A stretch of DNA of 64,000 nt, from positions 1,269,150 to 1,333,149 of the forward strand of contig CATOCA020000002.1 of NCBI GenBank assembly GCA_951406725.2. The letters are read 5' to 3'. Below, in pieces: positions 51,782 to 64,000 of this stretch. The translations under genes and the position numbers were made by a program. Numbering within the stretch: position 1 is the stretch's first letter; each line of letters begins with the position of its first letter. The DNA comes from Octopus vulgaris. Its lineage: Eukaryota. A model generated the notes under the pieces. That model ran no database searches and was not told the origin of the DNA. It saw nothing but the letters and a program-made list of their open reading frames with translations.

Positions 51782-54700
51782 ATGCCGGATCCTAGGTCCT
51801 ACCTCCTCACCCTCCATCACCGTTTGAAGGATCATCTACGTTCGCTTCCTGTATATTGCCTTCAGCCGTCCGTTAATCTCTCTCTACTTCTTTTTAAAAA
51901 AACCCGCTTCTCTAGCCATGTCTCTTTCCTAAGCCGCTGCCTACATCACCGACTCATCCCTAAAGGTTTCCGCCTCCACTTCCACCCTGCTCTCCACTCG
52001 GATTCTTCCATCTTACCCATACTCCGCACCACATCTTACCGCCTTATGCGGGCCACCATTCGCTCCAATCTCTCCAAACTACATGCCATCAACCGCCTTC
52101 TTCCTCCTGCTTTCTCCACCTTCTTCTCCTCTCTGCCGCCTCTCTATGCTCCAAACACGCTACGCTTCATTATCCATTTGAATCAACTCTTCCATCAATT
52201 TCTTTCTGATACCAAACTTCGTAAACTCCAATCACTCTTCCATTCCACCCTACCCGACGCCACTACCCCAACTCCTCCACCACCCTTCTCCCCTCCCGAT
52301 AGGCTCCATCCACCCACACCTAACCCCACTGCCCCTCCCTACAACCCCTTCTCCCCTCCCGTTAGTCTCCATCCACCTACACCTAACCCTACTGCCCCGC
52401 CCAACCACCCCCCACACACCTCCCCAATCCCTCCCCCTCAGACCTCCACGAGACCTACCACCCCTCCTACTTCTATTCCACCCACCCCTTCTCCACTTCC
52501 GTCTGTTGTTACCATTCCCCCCGATCTTCCCCTCTCTGCGGCTGAACGCTCCGTCCTTGGTAGGGGTCTGCGTTTCATCCCCCTCACTCCATCCTGTAAG
52601 GAATTCCAGACGCGAGTTGATGTCCACAGCTTTGTACGCCGTGTCCGGTTGGGTGCGCATTACCACGACTCGCCACCCACACCCAACGAAGAGGACGACT
52701 GCTTCACTGGCCTGGGCCGCCGACCATCCCCGTGGACGCCTGCCCCTGGCCAGATCCTAGCAGTGGATCTTTTCGCGGGCGCTTGTCAGCGTGCATTGGA
52801 GCGGTTCAACTTCTCCAGGCGCCAACGCCGCCTCAACATCTCCCGGCTGAGCTCTTGGCTCTTCGTTCCCTCCAACGGCGCGCTGACATTATCATCAAAC
52901 CGGCTGACAAGGGTGGAGCTGTAGTGGTGTGGCGCGCGGACCTCTATAGGGCCGAGGCTTTCCGCCAACTCAATGACACCTCCTTCTATTCCCCTCTGCC
53001 CTCTAACCCCACACGTAGCTACCAACAGACGGTATCCTCTACTGTCCAAGACCTCATCTCGTCCTCCCGTCTCCCCCGCACCGCATCCAACCTAATTGTG
53101 CGAACCCCACGTACCCCCACCATTTACTTCCTCCCCAAAATCCACAAACCCAACAACCCTGGCCGCCCCATCGTCTCCGCCTGTAACTGCCCCACGGAGC
53201 TCATCTCTAAATACCTCGACCGTGTCCTTGCCCCCTAGTGGCATCTCTTCCCTCCCACATCCACGATACCAACCATGCTCTCCGGCTTTTCAACTCTTTC
53301 TCCTTTCCTCCCGGCTCCTCCAAAATCCTTTTTACTATGGACATCCAAAGCCTCTATACTGTTATCCCTCACCACGAAGGACTGCAGGCCCTTCGACACT
53401 TTCTTGACCTCCGCTCTAACCCTGTAGCTGACACCTCCACACTCATTCGTCTGGCCGAACTTGTCCTTACTCTGAACTGCTTCTCGTTCGCGGGCGAGTT
53501 CTACCATCAGGTCTCGGGAGTGGCCATGGGAACGCGAATGGGCCCCAACTATGCGAACCTGTTCGTTGGCTATGTTGAGGCCCAAATATTCTCTACTTTC
53601 ACTGGTCCCACTCCTGAACTATATGGTCGTTATATTGACGACATTATCGGTGCCACCTCACTCTCCCGCGAACATCTAGATTCCTTCCTCTCTTTCGTCC
53701 AATCTTTCCATCCAGCCCTCCACTTCACTTCCACTATCTCCAACACCTCTGTCTCCTTCCTCGACATTTCGGTTAGCATTCTTGACTCCACTCTTACCAC
53801 CTCCATTCACTACAAACACACAGACTCACACTCATACCTCAACTTCTCTTCCTCCCACCCAGAACACACCAAGCTTTCCATCCCCTATTCCCAATTCCTC
53901 CGTCTACGTAGGCTCTGTAGTGACGACCATGACTTTGAGACTCAGTCTCAACGTATGGCTCACCACTTCACCCTACGTGGATACCCCCTCACCACTATCC
54001 ACACCGCCCTTGCCAGAGCACGGTCCGTGGACCGTGTATCTGCTCTCTCTCCCCGAACCCGCCCTGTAGTCTCCCGCCTCCCTTTTCCCCTCACTTACCA
54101 CCCCACGACCCTACGTCTCCAACGCACCATTCTTCGAGCTTTCCGTCATCTCCAGTCCGACCCGTCCACTTCACACCTCTTCCCTAACCGACCCCTCCCC
54201 TCTTTCAAACGAGCCCACAACCTTCGAGACCTTTTGGTCCATAGCTCCTTCCCTGACCCTACCTCCCAACCCGGCTCGTTCCCCTGCTCCCGCCCACGTT
54301 GCCGCACTTGCCCTTACCTCTCCAACACCACCCGCCTCACTAGCACCTACCATCGACCCTATCCCATCATCCACTCCTTCACCTGCACCTCCAGCAATAT
54401 TATCTATTGCATCTCTTGCTCTCTCTGCAACTCCTTGTACATCGGACAAACGGGACGCCGCTTGGCTGACCGGTTCGCGGAACACCTTCGTGACATCCAC
54501 CTTGCGAACGACACACCGGTCTCACGCCATTTCCGCTCCACCGGTCACTCCTTGCAACACCTATCTGTGTTCGGTTTGTCCTTACACAGAGGCCATCCGG
54601 ATTCCCGTTTGCGCCGTGAACAGGAATTAATCTTCTCTCTTCGCTCTTATACGCCATTTGGTCTCAACTCTCCCCCTCCTCATCTAACCCCCCTCTCCCC

Positions 54701-55016
54701 CTCCTCACCTATCCTTTCTCCCCCGACCCCTACTTCTTCAGTCCTTCATCCTTTCACCCCTACTCCCCTTCCCTTCTTCCCTCTTTCTCCCTCCCTCTTC
54801 CCCTTCCCTCTGCTCCCTCACTCCCCTTCTCTCTCCCCCTCACCCTCTTTCCTCCTTCATCCCTCTCCTCCCCTTCCTTCTCCCCATCCTCTCCTCTTCA
54901 CCCTCCCCTCCCCCTCTTCTTCCCCTCCCCTTCTCCCCCTCTTCTCCCCTCCCCCTCTTCTCCTCACTACACCACATGACTTTACACATCACATCACATA
55001 TGATGTGCCATACTAA
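51782..55016 (+). CDS. PLE polyprotein: N-terminal domain, proline-rich linker, RT, zinc-finger linker, GIY-YIG endonuclease (two 1-bp frameshifts)
   Basis: ATG at 51782; IKPADKGG, YFLPKIHK, PGRPIVS, MDIQSLYT, GVAMGT..P.YANLF, RYIDDI, FLD, CSRPRCRTC, NIIYCISC..YIGQTGR.L..RF.EH; frameshifts at ~52843 and ~53234. Confidence 0.9.
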
Positions 55017-55498
55017 TACACACACCAACTAATACATACTAATACGTACTAATACATACTAGTACATACTAATACTTACACCAACCCTATACATACACAC
55101 GTCCAGACCCCGCATACGCACTTATACTCTCTCACACACACACACACCTATACATACCAATACGTACTAATACATACTAATACATACTAATACATACACC
55201 AACCCCATACATACGCACGTCCAGACCAATCCTACGCACTAATACTCTCTCATACACACACACACACACACACTTATACATACTAATACATACACCAACC
55301 CTATACATACACACATCCAGACCCCTCCCACGCACTTTTAGCTGGTCAACCCTCAACCCTATTATCTCCCCTTATTTCGCTCTCGCGTCTCATGTTTGAT
55401 CTTTGACCTCTGGCCGAAATCAGATCGCCATGTTGATTCGTTAGCTACTGCACGCATTTTTTTCTCTCCTTCTTTCTGTGTTTTTCTCTCTCTGTGTA

Positions 55499-55536
55499 TC
55501 TTTCTGTTGAAGAGCGTAGGCTCGAAACGTTAAAGA
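55499..55536 (+). ncRNA. Minimal hammerhead ribozyme-like motif in the 3' pLTR
   Basis: UCUUU CUGUUGAA GAGC-GUAG-GCUC GAAAC GUU AAAGA: perfect 5-bp stem I, 4-bp stem II, palindromic AACGUU in place of stem III. Confidence 0.7.
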
Positions 55537-55646
55537 CTTGTTTTATTTATATTTCCTGAGCGCCATACTAATACAATTGTTCGTTTGTTTTCCACCTGCC
55601 TTCGTCTTTTGTTTATTTTCATAAAGCTTCCCGTTATATATGTATA

Positions 55647-56361
55647 TACTTTGATACTTTGATACTTCGATAGGTTTCGGCCATTATTGGCCCAGGCCAT
55701 GTCTAACTTAATAGCACCACCTGGTGAAGTCTTTTAAGTCAGAATTTGGGCACTATGGCCCACTCAAGTAGAGAGTTATTGTTTACAGAGACATATCCGG
55801 GTGTAGGGGGTTTATCCGGGATTTCTTGAAGGAATCTGTCCAAAGACTTCTTGAACCCTATAGGGTCAGTTTCTGTTTTAATGTGTTTTGGTGTAATGTT
55901 TAAGAGAGCGGGGCCAATTGAGGTGAAATAATTGTGCCGTATTGTTGTTATGAGATGAGAGTTGCGATTTTTGTTTTGGGCGGATGGCACGGGGCCCAAG
56001 CCTTGGATGTGCCTTAAAGGTGATGCCAACATCATTTGGGCAATGCTGATGGAATATTTTCCACATCATGCAGATGATGTAGCGCTCACGACGACGTTGG
56101 AGAGAATAGAGTTTTAGCTTTTCTAGTCGACCCCAATAGTCGAGGCCTGTCATGCCATCTATCTTTTTTGTGATTGCCCTTTGAAGTGCTTCAACTTTTA
56201 TGATACCTTGTATTGTGTGGGGAGACCACAGTGGACAACAGTATTCAAGGTGGGGTCGGGCAAAAGTGGAGAAGAGAAGGATAATGGTGTGGATATCTCT
56301 CGACTGGAAAGTTCTGAGAATCCAGGAACACATTCTGCGGGCCATGTCAACTTTGGTGTTT

Positions 56362-56362
<1 letters not shown>
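55647..56362 (-). mobile_element. 5'-truncated CR1-type LINE family B with (AAAGTATC)n tail
   Basis: [54 protein letters not shown]. Confidence 0.9.
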
Positions 56363-57652
<1,290 letters not shown>

Positions 57653-57654
57653 TA

Positions 57655-57666
57655 TCAAGATGGCGC
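57655..57666 (+). promoter_or_regulatory. YY1-type motif at the LINE 5' end
   Basis: CAAGATGGCG matches the YY1 consensus (AAGATGGCG), which sits at the extreme 5' end of human L1. Confidence 0.55.
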
Positions 57667-59095
57667 TGAACTAACAACAAGTGTGTTAACGTGTCTCTCC
57701 TAAATATTAAAGAAGTCCTTCCAGAGATCGATGTTATCAGAAGCGAAATTGTCTGCAAAGCGAATATAAGTGAAAGTACAACAAGTCACCGTATTTAAGA
57801 AGAATATTTTCGCTTTTGATATAGTATTTTGCAACTAGAACATACTCGCGAATACACGTGTTAAAACGCACGTGTGTTACTTCCCGAAATCGAAGTGAAT
57901 TTTATTCTTCGTCTGTGAATCAACAAGACACAGGATATTTTCGTTTTTGATGTATATCTGCGTGTTCTGAAAAAAGCCTCTGAAAAATTTGCTGCTTAAT
58001 ACCAAATCGCTTAGGAAAATACAGAAAGTATCCTCAAACTGTTGCATGTGCTAAATCGAAACTCAAATCCCTTTTGTTTACAAAATACGCTTAAGGAATA
58101 TAAAAGGTCTGTTTTGTCTATCTATCTTCCTTTCTCATAAAAAGGAATCACGTAAGTACTCTCTCAGCCGGTAAGGTAAGGAAGATATTATTTATTTTGT
58201 TATCATTAGTGTTCTTTCAAACAGAAAATAATAATATATCTATGTGTATGTATATGTGTGTGTTAGAAGTATAGTCGCAAATATTATTTGTCACATGCGT
58301 GTATATATCTGTATGTATATGTATATGTGTATCGAATTATTGTTTTATATCTCCGTAATTTCTTGTTTTACGGTTAATTCCCGTATATCTATGTGTATGT
58401 ATATGTGTGTGTTAGAAGTATAATCGCAATTAGTTTTTTTTTTAGAAGACATTGTCCGTAGCGACGGACAAATATATATTTTCTTTTCTCTTTTTCTCTG
58501 CTTAAATTCTGTAAAATCTCTTGGATTGTTTTCTTTCAGCTATTTCATTATTATTATTATTGTTTCTTTATATACTCACTTGGTACTACTGTTTATATAT
58601 GTGCATGTGCACACATGTGTATATGTGTGTATATGTATGTATGTATGTATACGCGTGTATGTGTGTGTACAAATAGCTTCGTTTAGAATTCTCCCCTCTC
58701 TGTCTGTCTCTTCAGTTCTCTCCCTCACCCTTCTCCTTGTCTCTTCATAACTCTCATTCTATCTTACTCCCCTCTTTCAAATATATAAATTCTCCCATTA
58801 CTCTCTTCTATCTCTTCAGTTTCTCTCCCGCTTCTCCTTGTCTCTCCATTACTCTCTTCTATCTTACTCTCCTCTCTCGGATACATATAAGGACATAGAC
58901 GCTTTCTCTCTCTTCCTTCAGCTCTCAGTCTCTCCTCTTCCTCTTCTCTCTTACTCTCGGCTCCCAATTTCTCCTTAAGTACATAGACGCTCTCTTTCTC
59001 TACTTCCTCCCTACCCCCTATTGCACTATTAGATTAATATAAATTAATATAATATAATTAGATAGATAGATAGATAGATAGATAAAATATCAAGA

Positions 59096-59860
59096 ATGTC
59101 CAGAACCTGGAAACGTGACGAACTGGCGTGGTTCCTGCGAGGATGGCAATGCGCTGACAGAGAAAATCCAAATAATATAATTACGGCTGCGCTGAAGAAC
59201 AACGGATACAAAAGGACGTCAGCTCAAATAGAGCGGAAGAAGCAAGAATTTATACGCTCCTACGCACTTGTCAGATCGCACATTAACACGCTGGATGCCA
59301 TTTTTGACAGCGAAAAACGCGAACAAAGTAAAGATGGCAAGGATAGAGACGCGGGCGCTGATGAGGAGGGTCACCCCCACCTGGTAGACGCCCAGGAAGA
59401 AAACTCCAGTGAGAGGCCTGCCCGGGAAATGAACCCAGGTGCAGATGCTCCTACCAGCACCAAAAGCCATGGACATGGAGATGAAAAAACCAAAAAAGGA
59501 AGAAAAACTGAAGCTAAAACACAGACAAAGCCAAGGGGCAAGGCAGCCAGGGATAGAGGCAAACCTAACTATCCATATGCCAAAAAGGATGGAAACAAGC
59601 AGCGCACACGGGTATGTAGGTTCTACCTGAAAGGTGCCTGCCGGCATGGAGAGGAAGGTGCAGGCTGCCGCTTTGCACATCCGGGACCCTGCCACAGAAA
59701 CCAACCACCGAAAGGAAATGGGATGGACCACGCATCACCTGCCCCAAAACGGAGGTACGCAGATGTGGTGCGTACCACAAACCACCAACGTGTTGTTGAA
59801 AGGGCAGCTGCTGAGCAGGAATCTTTTTGTGCATGGCACAAAAGATTGTACAGCAGCTAA
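59096..59860 (+). CDS. LINE ORF1-like protein: Myb/SANT-like N-terminus plus CCCH zinc finger
   Basis: WKRDELAWFLRGW...ITAALKNNGYKRTSAQIERKKQEFIRSY; VCRFYLKGACRHG...CRFAH. Confidence 0.7.
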   Translation: MSRTWKRDELAWFLRGWQCADRENPNNIITAALKNNGYKRTSAQIERKKQEFIRSYALVRSHINTLDAIFDSEKREQSKDGKDRDAGADEEGHPHLVDAQEENSSERPAREMNPGADAPTSTKSHGHGDEKTKKGRKTEAKTQTKPRGKAARDRGKPNYPYAKKDGNKQRTRVCRFYLKGACRHGEEGAGCRFAHPGPCHRNQPPKGNGMDHASPAPKRRYADVVRTTNHQRVVERAAAEQESFCAWHKRLYSS

Positions 59861-59896
59861 CCTGGCTCCATCAGGCTCAGGCTCGCAGATGGAACT

Positions 59897-62800
59897 GCCC
59901 ACAGTTCACAAGACCGCCACAGCAGATGGACCCAGGGTGGACACCGCCGGCAACAGCATACACCTCACCTCGATGCTCCTACTGAACATCAGAGGACTAC
60001 TAACACACAGTAACAGGACAAAAGTCCCGTTCCTGAGAGACTTTGTCGCATGCAATCAAGCCTTATGCATAGCACTCACAGAAACGCATCCGAAACCGGA
60101 TATAGCAGATGCGGAATTACACATACCACAGTATGTTGTACTACGGACCGACAGGAAAGAAAGGAGTCATGGAGGAGTTGCTATGTACATCCGTGGGGAC
60201 CTCACACCCCAGGTCCTTTTGTCATACTCAAACTCGGTGTGTGACACACTAATTGTACACATAAGGCAACTTGATGTAGTTGTGTGTGCTACATATCGCC
60301 CTCCTGATGCCCCAAGTCATATGGGCAAGTTTGAGGACTGCCTTTTAAAAATAGAAGTTCTAATCACATTAGAACAACACATAAGTGTACTTCTCATGGG
60401 AGACTTCAATCTACCCAATGTCAGATGGCCCGAGGGCCTTTCTCTCCCAGGAATGACAAGATGTGAACGAGGACAGGCGAGGTCCCTCCTGAACCTCATC
60501 AACACCCTGTACATGGAGCAAGTAATACTCCAACCAACCAGAGCAGGTAACACACTGGATCTCTGCTTCACAAATAATATGGATCTCATCCATAATGTGA
60601 AAGTGGCACCGACACTATTCTCGGATCACAACATGGTAGAGCTGACCATGTACGGGCCAAAAGAGAGCACGGACATGCAGCCTACAAGAAACCTCAGAAT
60701 CTTTCCAGCTTGAACTTCAATAAGGCAAACTGGAAACAAATTGAGAAAGAGATCCTCAAACAAAACTGGCCTGAATGTCTCTCCTCGCCGGACATCGACA
60801 TGATACTTCAACAATTCATGTCTGTAATGCAAGCCATATGCTACAAATGTGTCCCAGAGAGAAAGGCCACTGTACACAAGAACAAAATCCCCAGAGAGAG
60901 GAAAATTTTAATGAGACGGCGTACAAAAATTTCAAATCGCCTAAACAAACAAATTGAAAGCAGTGAAAAGTCCCGCCTGAAAATAAAACTGTTGGAAATT
61001 GAAAATTGTCTGCAACTCTCCCATGAGAAGGAGAGAGCAGACAAAGAAGCCTGGGCTATAGACAACATCAAAACTAACCCCAGAGCTTTCTACAGGTATG
61101 CCAAAGAAACAGCTACGGTGCACTGTAGGATAGGGCCACTCCTTGAAAAGGATGGCACACTCACAGGAAAACCAATGAGAGTAAGTGAAATACTGAATGA
61201 ACAATTCAAGAGTGTTTTCACTCCACCCCTTGGGCATTTCCAAATCAGCAATCCAACTGACTTCTTTACCACTGCAGATATAGAATCAGAGGCGGCGACG
61301 ATAAATTACATCGATATAAAGGAAGACGATGTAATAAAGGCTATAGATGAAATGAAAACAGACTCAGCTATTGGCCCCGATGGATTCCCGGCAATCCTCC
61401 TAAAAGTATGTAAGAGAGTCCTAGCAAGACCACTGCAGTTCCTCTTTCAGAGCTTCCTTGCAGCTGGCAAACTTCCAAGAAAACTGAAGGAAGGTAAAAT
61501 ATGCCCTATTCATAAAGGAGGTAGCAGAGCGGAGGCCAAGAACTACAGACCTATCTCTCTGACCTCACACATCAGCAAGGTCATGGAACGAATAGTCAGA
61601 AGGAAACTAATCACCTTCCTTGAAGAAATGACTTGCTGCCTGACACCCAACATGGTTTCCGACCAGGAAGAAGCTGCTTAACTCAGCTCCTTCAGCACTA
61701 TGACTGGGTGCTGAAACAACTGCTCAACCACTCAAATGTGGAAGTCATATATCTCGACTTCGCAAAGGCCTTCGATAAAGTCGATCATGGAATGATATGT
61801 CACAAGCTGCGTGATCTTGGCATAGTTGGAAAACTAGGAGAATGGCTCATGACTTTCTGAAGAATAGAAGTCAGGTGGTAGCAGCCAATGGGGCCACTTC
61901 CATTAGCACGCAAATAGTGAGCGGTGTTCCGCAGGGCACTTTTTGGGACCACTACTGTTCATAATGGCCATCTCAGACGTGCCCTCAGCCACGCAGAGAG
62001 CCACGATCACAAGTTATGCAGATGATACAAAAGTTTCACAGGCAATACAGAACCCTGAGGACACTAAGCACCTGCAATGTGAGCTGGACGAAATATACAA
62101 GTGGGCGGAAAAGAATAGCATGCAGTTCAATGCTGAAAAGTTTCAAGCTTTATACTATCAGCATGCAAAACTGAATGCAATACCCAATGAATACACTGGA
62201 CCCGGAGGGATTGCAATCCCAGAGGCACAATCAGTGCGTGACCTGGGTATTCACATGAGTGATGACGCGACCTTTCATGTACATGTTGCTAAACTGACAA
62301 TGAAATGTAGACGGCTGGCTGGATGGATTCTTAGAACCTTTAGAACAAGAGAACAAGAAACCATGATGGTCCTCTGGAAGACACTTGTCCTAAGCCACTT
62401 TGACTATTGCTCTCAGCTATGGTCACCATCCAGTGTCAAGCTGATCACAGAACTTGAGGCGATCCAACGAAGCTACACGAAGAAGATAGCCTCTGTGCAG
62501 CATATGAGCTACTGGGAGAGACTCAAGAGATTAAAATTATATTCCCTGGAGCGTAGACGGGAAAGATATGCCATAATATATATCTGGAAGATCCTGGAAG
62601 GTCTTGTCCCAGACTTTGGCATCGAGAGTCACACAAATGCCAGAACCGGACGCCACTGCGTAGTACCAAGGACTCCAAATTTGCCATCAAGATGTAGGAC
62701 AAGATATTGTGATAGCCTGGGCTTCAGAGGCCCACGGCTCTTCAATATCCTCCCGAAGAACCTGAGGGACCTGCATGGTGTAGATGCGGATGTCTTTAAA

Positions 62801-62926
62801 GTAGGACTGGATCTCTTCCTGTCAGGTGTCCCGGATGAACCAACTTCACGGCAGGAGGTGCAGATGAGGGCAGCTGCATCGAACTCTCTCATGCATCAGA
62901 TGGCGTTTGCTAAAAAGCATCCGTGA
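59897..62926 (+). pseudogene. LINE ORF2 (AP endonuclease plus reverse transcriptase), broken by ~4 single-base frameshifts
   Basis: ORF pieces 59634-60713, 60710-61681, 61633-61860 and 61943-62926 join into one APE-RT; comparison with the 38361 copy places the breaks at ~60690, ~61628, ~61846 and ~61942. Start codon uncertain. Confidence 0.88.
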
Positions 62927-63063
62927 GGTAAAACCGTATAGCAAACAAAATGGCGGTGCCCCAGCATGGCCACAGCTCATTAGCTGAAACTGGAAAAATC
63001 AAAATCAAAATCAAAATCATATGTATATATATATGTATATATATATACGTATATATATATATG

Positions 63064-63094
<31 letters not shown>

Positions 63095-63179
63095 GTATAT
63101 GTAGGTCCCGGGTTGATTCGGGGTTAACCACAGTAAATAAGGTATCAATACATATAGAGTAAAATTAATTTATTATATA

Positions 63180-63261
63180 TACAGGACTAGAACTGTTTCA
63201 TTCAAGAGAAATCTTCAGGAAGCTCCTGAAGATTTATGAATGAAACAGTTCTAGTCCTGTA
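63180..63261. repeat. Snap-back palindrome made of two opposed hammerhead-like motifs
   Basis: TACAGGACTAGAACTGTTTCATTCA..AAATCTTCAGGA-AGC-TCCTGAAGATTT.ATGAATGAAACAGTTCTAGTCCTGTA. Confidence 0.8.
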
Positions 63262-63274
63262 GAAGCTCCTTCTA

Positions 63275-63287
63275 TATAATAAATATA

Positions 63288-63350
<63 letters not shown>

Positions 63351-63365
63351 GTATATATATATATG

Positions 63366-63418
<53 letters not shown>

Positions 63419-63518
63419 GTATATATATATATATGTATATATATGTATATATATATATGTATATATATATGTATATATATATATATGTATATATATATGT
63501 ATATATATATGTATATAT
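63275..63518. repeat. (TA)n/TATG microsatellite
   Basis: Direct inspection. Confidence 0.95.
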
Positions 63519-64000
63519 AACTGAATGAGGGAAAATTTGAGCTGATGCATTTTGGAAGAAATTCCTCACTAAAACAACCATACTCTCTTCCTTCAGGGGA
63601 ACCGCTCACAGCCTCTAACAATATCAGAGACCTGGGTGTAATTGTTGATGACGATCTCAGTTGGAGTGCACACATCAACAAGAAGGTCGATACAGCTCGT
63701 AGGATGAGTTCCTGGATCTTAAGAACTTTCCGGTCCAGAGAACAAGGTGTCATCATACCACTTTTTTCATCCTTTGTACGGCCACACCTTGAATACTGCT
63801 GCCCACTGTGGTCTCCTCACACAAGACAAAACATCTCCAGAATTGAGTCACCCCAGAGGGCTCTTACTAAACAAATTGATGGCATGGCTGCTTTCGACTA
63901 TTGGGATCACCTTAAAGCCTTGAAACTTTACTCCCTCCAGCGTCGCCGTGAGCGGTACATCATTTGTACGATGTGGAAAATATACCGCCAACTTTGCCCA
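63519..64000 (+). mobile_element. 5'-truncated CR1-type LINE related to family B, running off the right edge
   Basis: [61 protein letters not shown]. Confidence 0.88.

Larger units (their letters stand above)
50108..55641 (+). mobile_element. Near-intact Penelope-like retroelement (Neptune-like) with direct pseudo-LTRs
   Basis: 50108-51168 duplicates 54608-55641; RT plus GIY-YIG ORF between them; TA repeats on both flanks. Confidence 0.95.

Overview
Eukaryotic (animal) genomic DNA: AT-rich, dominated by repeats, with one 100-N gap at 41147-41246. The tRNA/CORE-type SINEs, RTE and CR1-type LINEs and very long (TA)n tracts suggest a cephalopod such as Octopus (inference). The only host gene visible is 5-oxoprolinase (OPLAH): three consecutive, phase-compatible minus-strand exons at 35470-35607, 19390-19528 and 17398-17510, so the rest of the window is probably intronic. 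The introns hold: a ~10 kb array of ~40 near-identical ~245 bp monomers, each with a variable (CT)n tract, an imperfect inverted repeat and a YY1-type motif; at least four Penelope-like (GIY-YIG) element families, one nearly intact with pseudo-LTRs; several minimal hammerhead-ribozyme-like motifs with non-canonical cores; an apparently full-length CR1-type LINE whose ORF1 combines a Myb/SANT-like domain with a CCCH finger; an RTE LINE with a PHD-like finger inside the RT; SINEs sharing their 3' end with that LINE; piggyBac, pogo-like and fold-back DNA elements; and a Gypsy gag-protease relic. The long I/Y/M/C ORFs are microsatellite artefacts. All calls were made by eye; no database searches were run.
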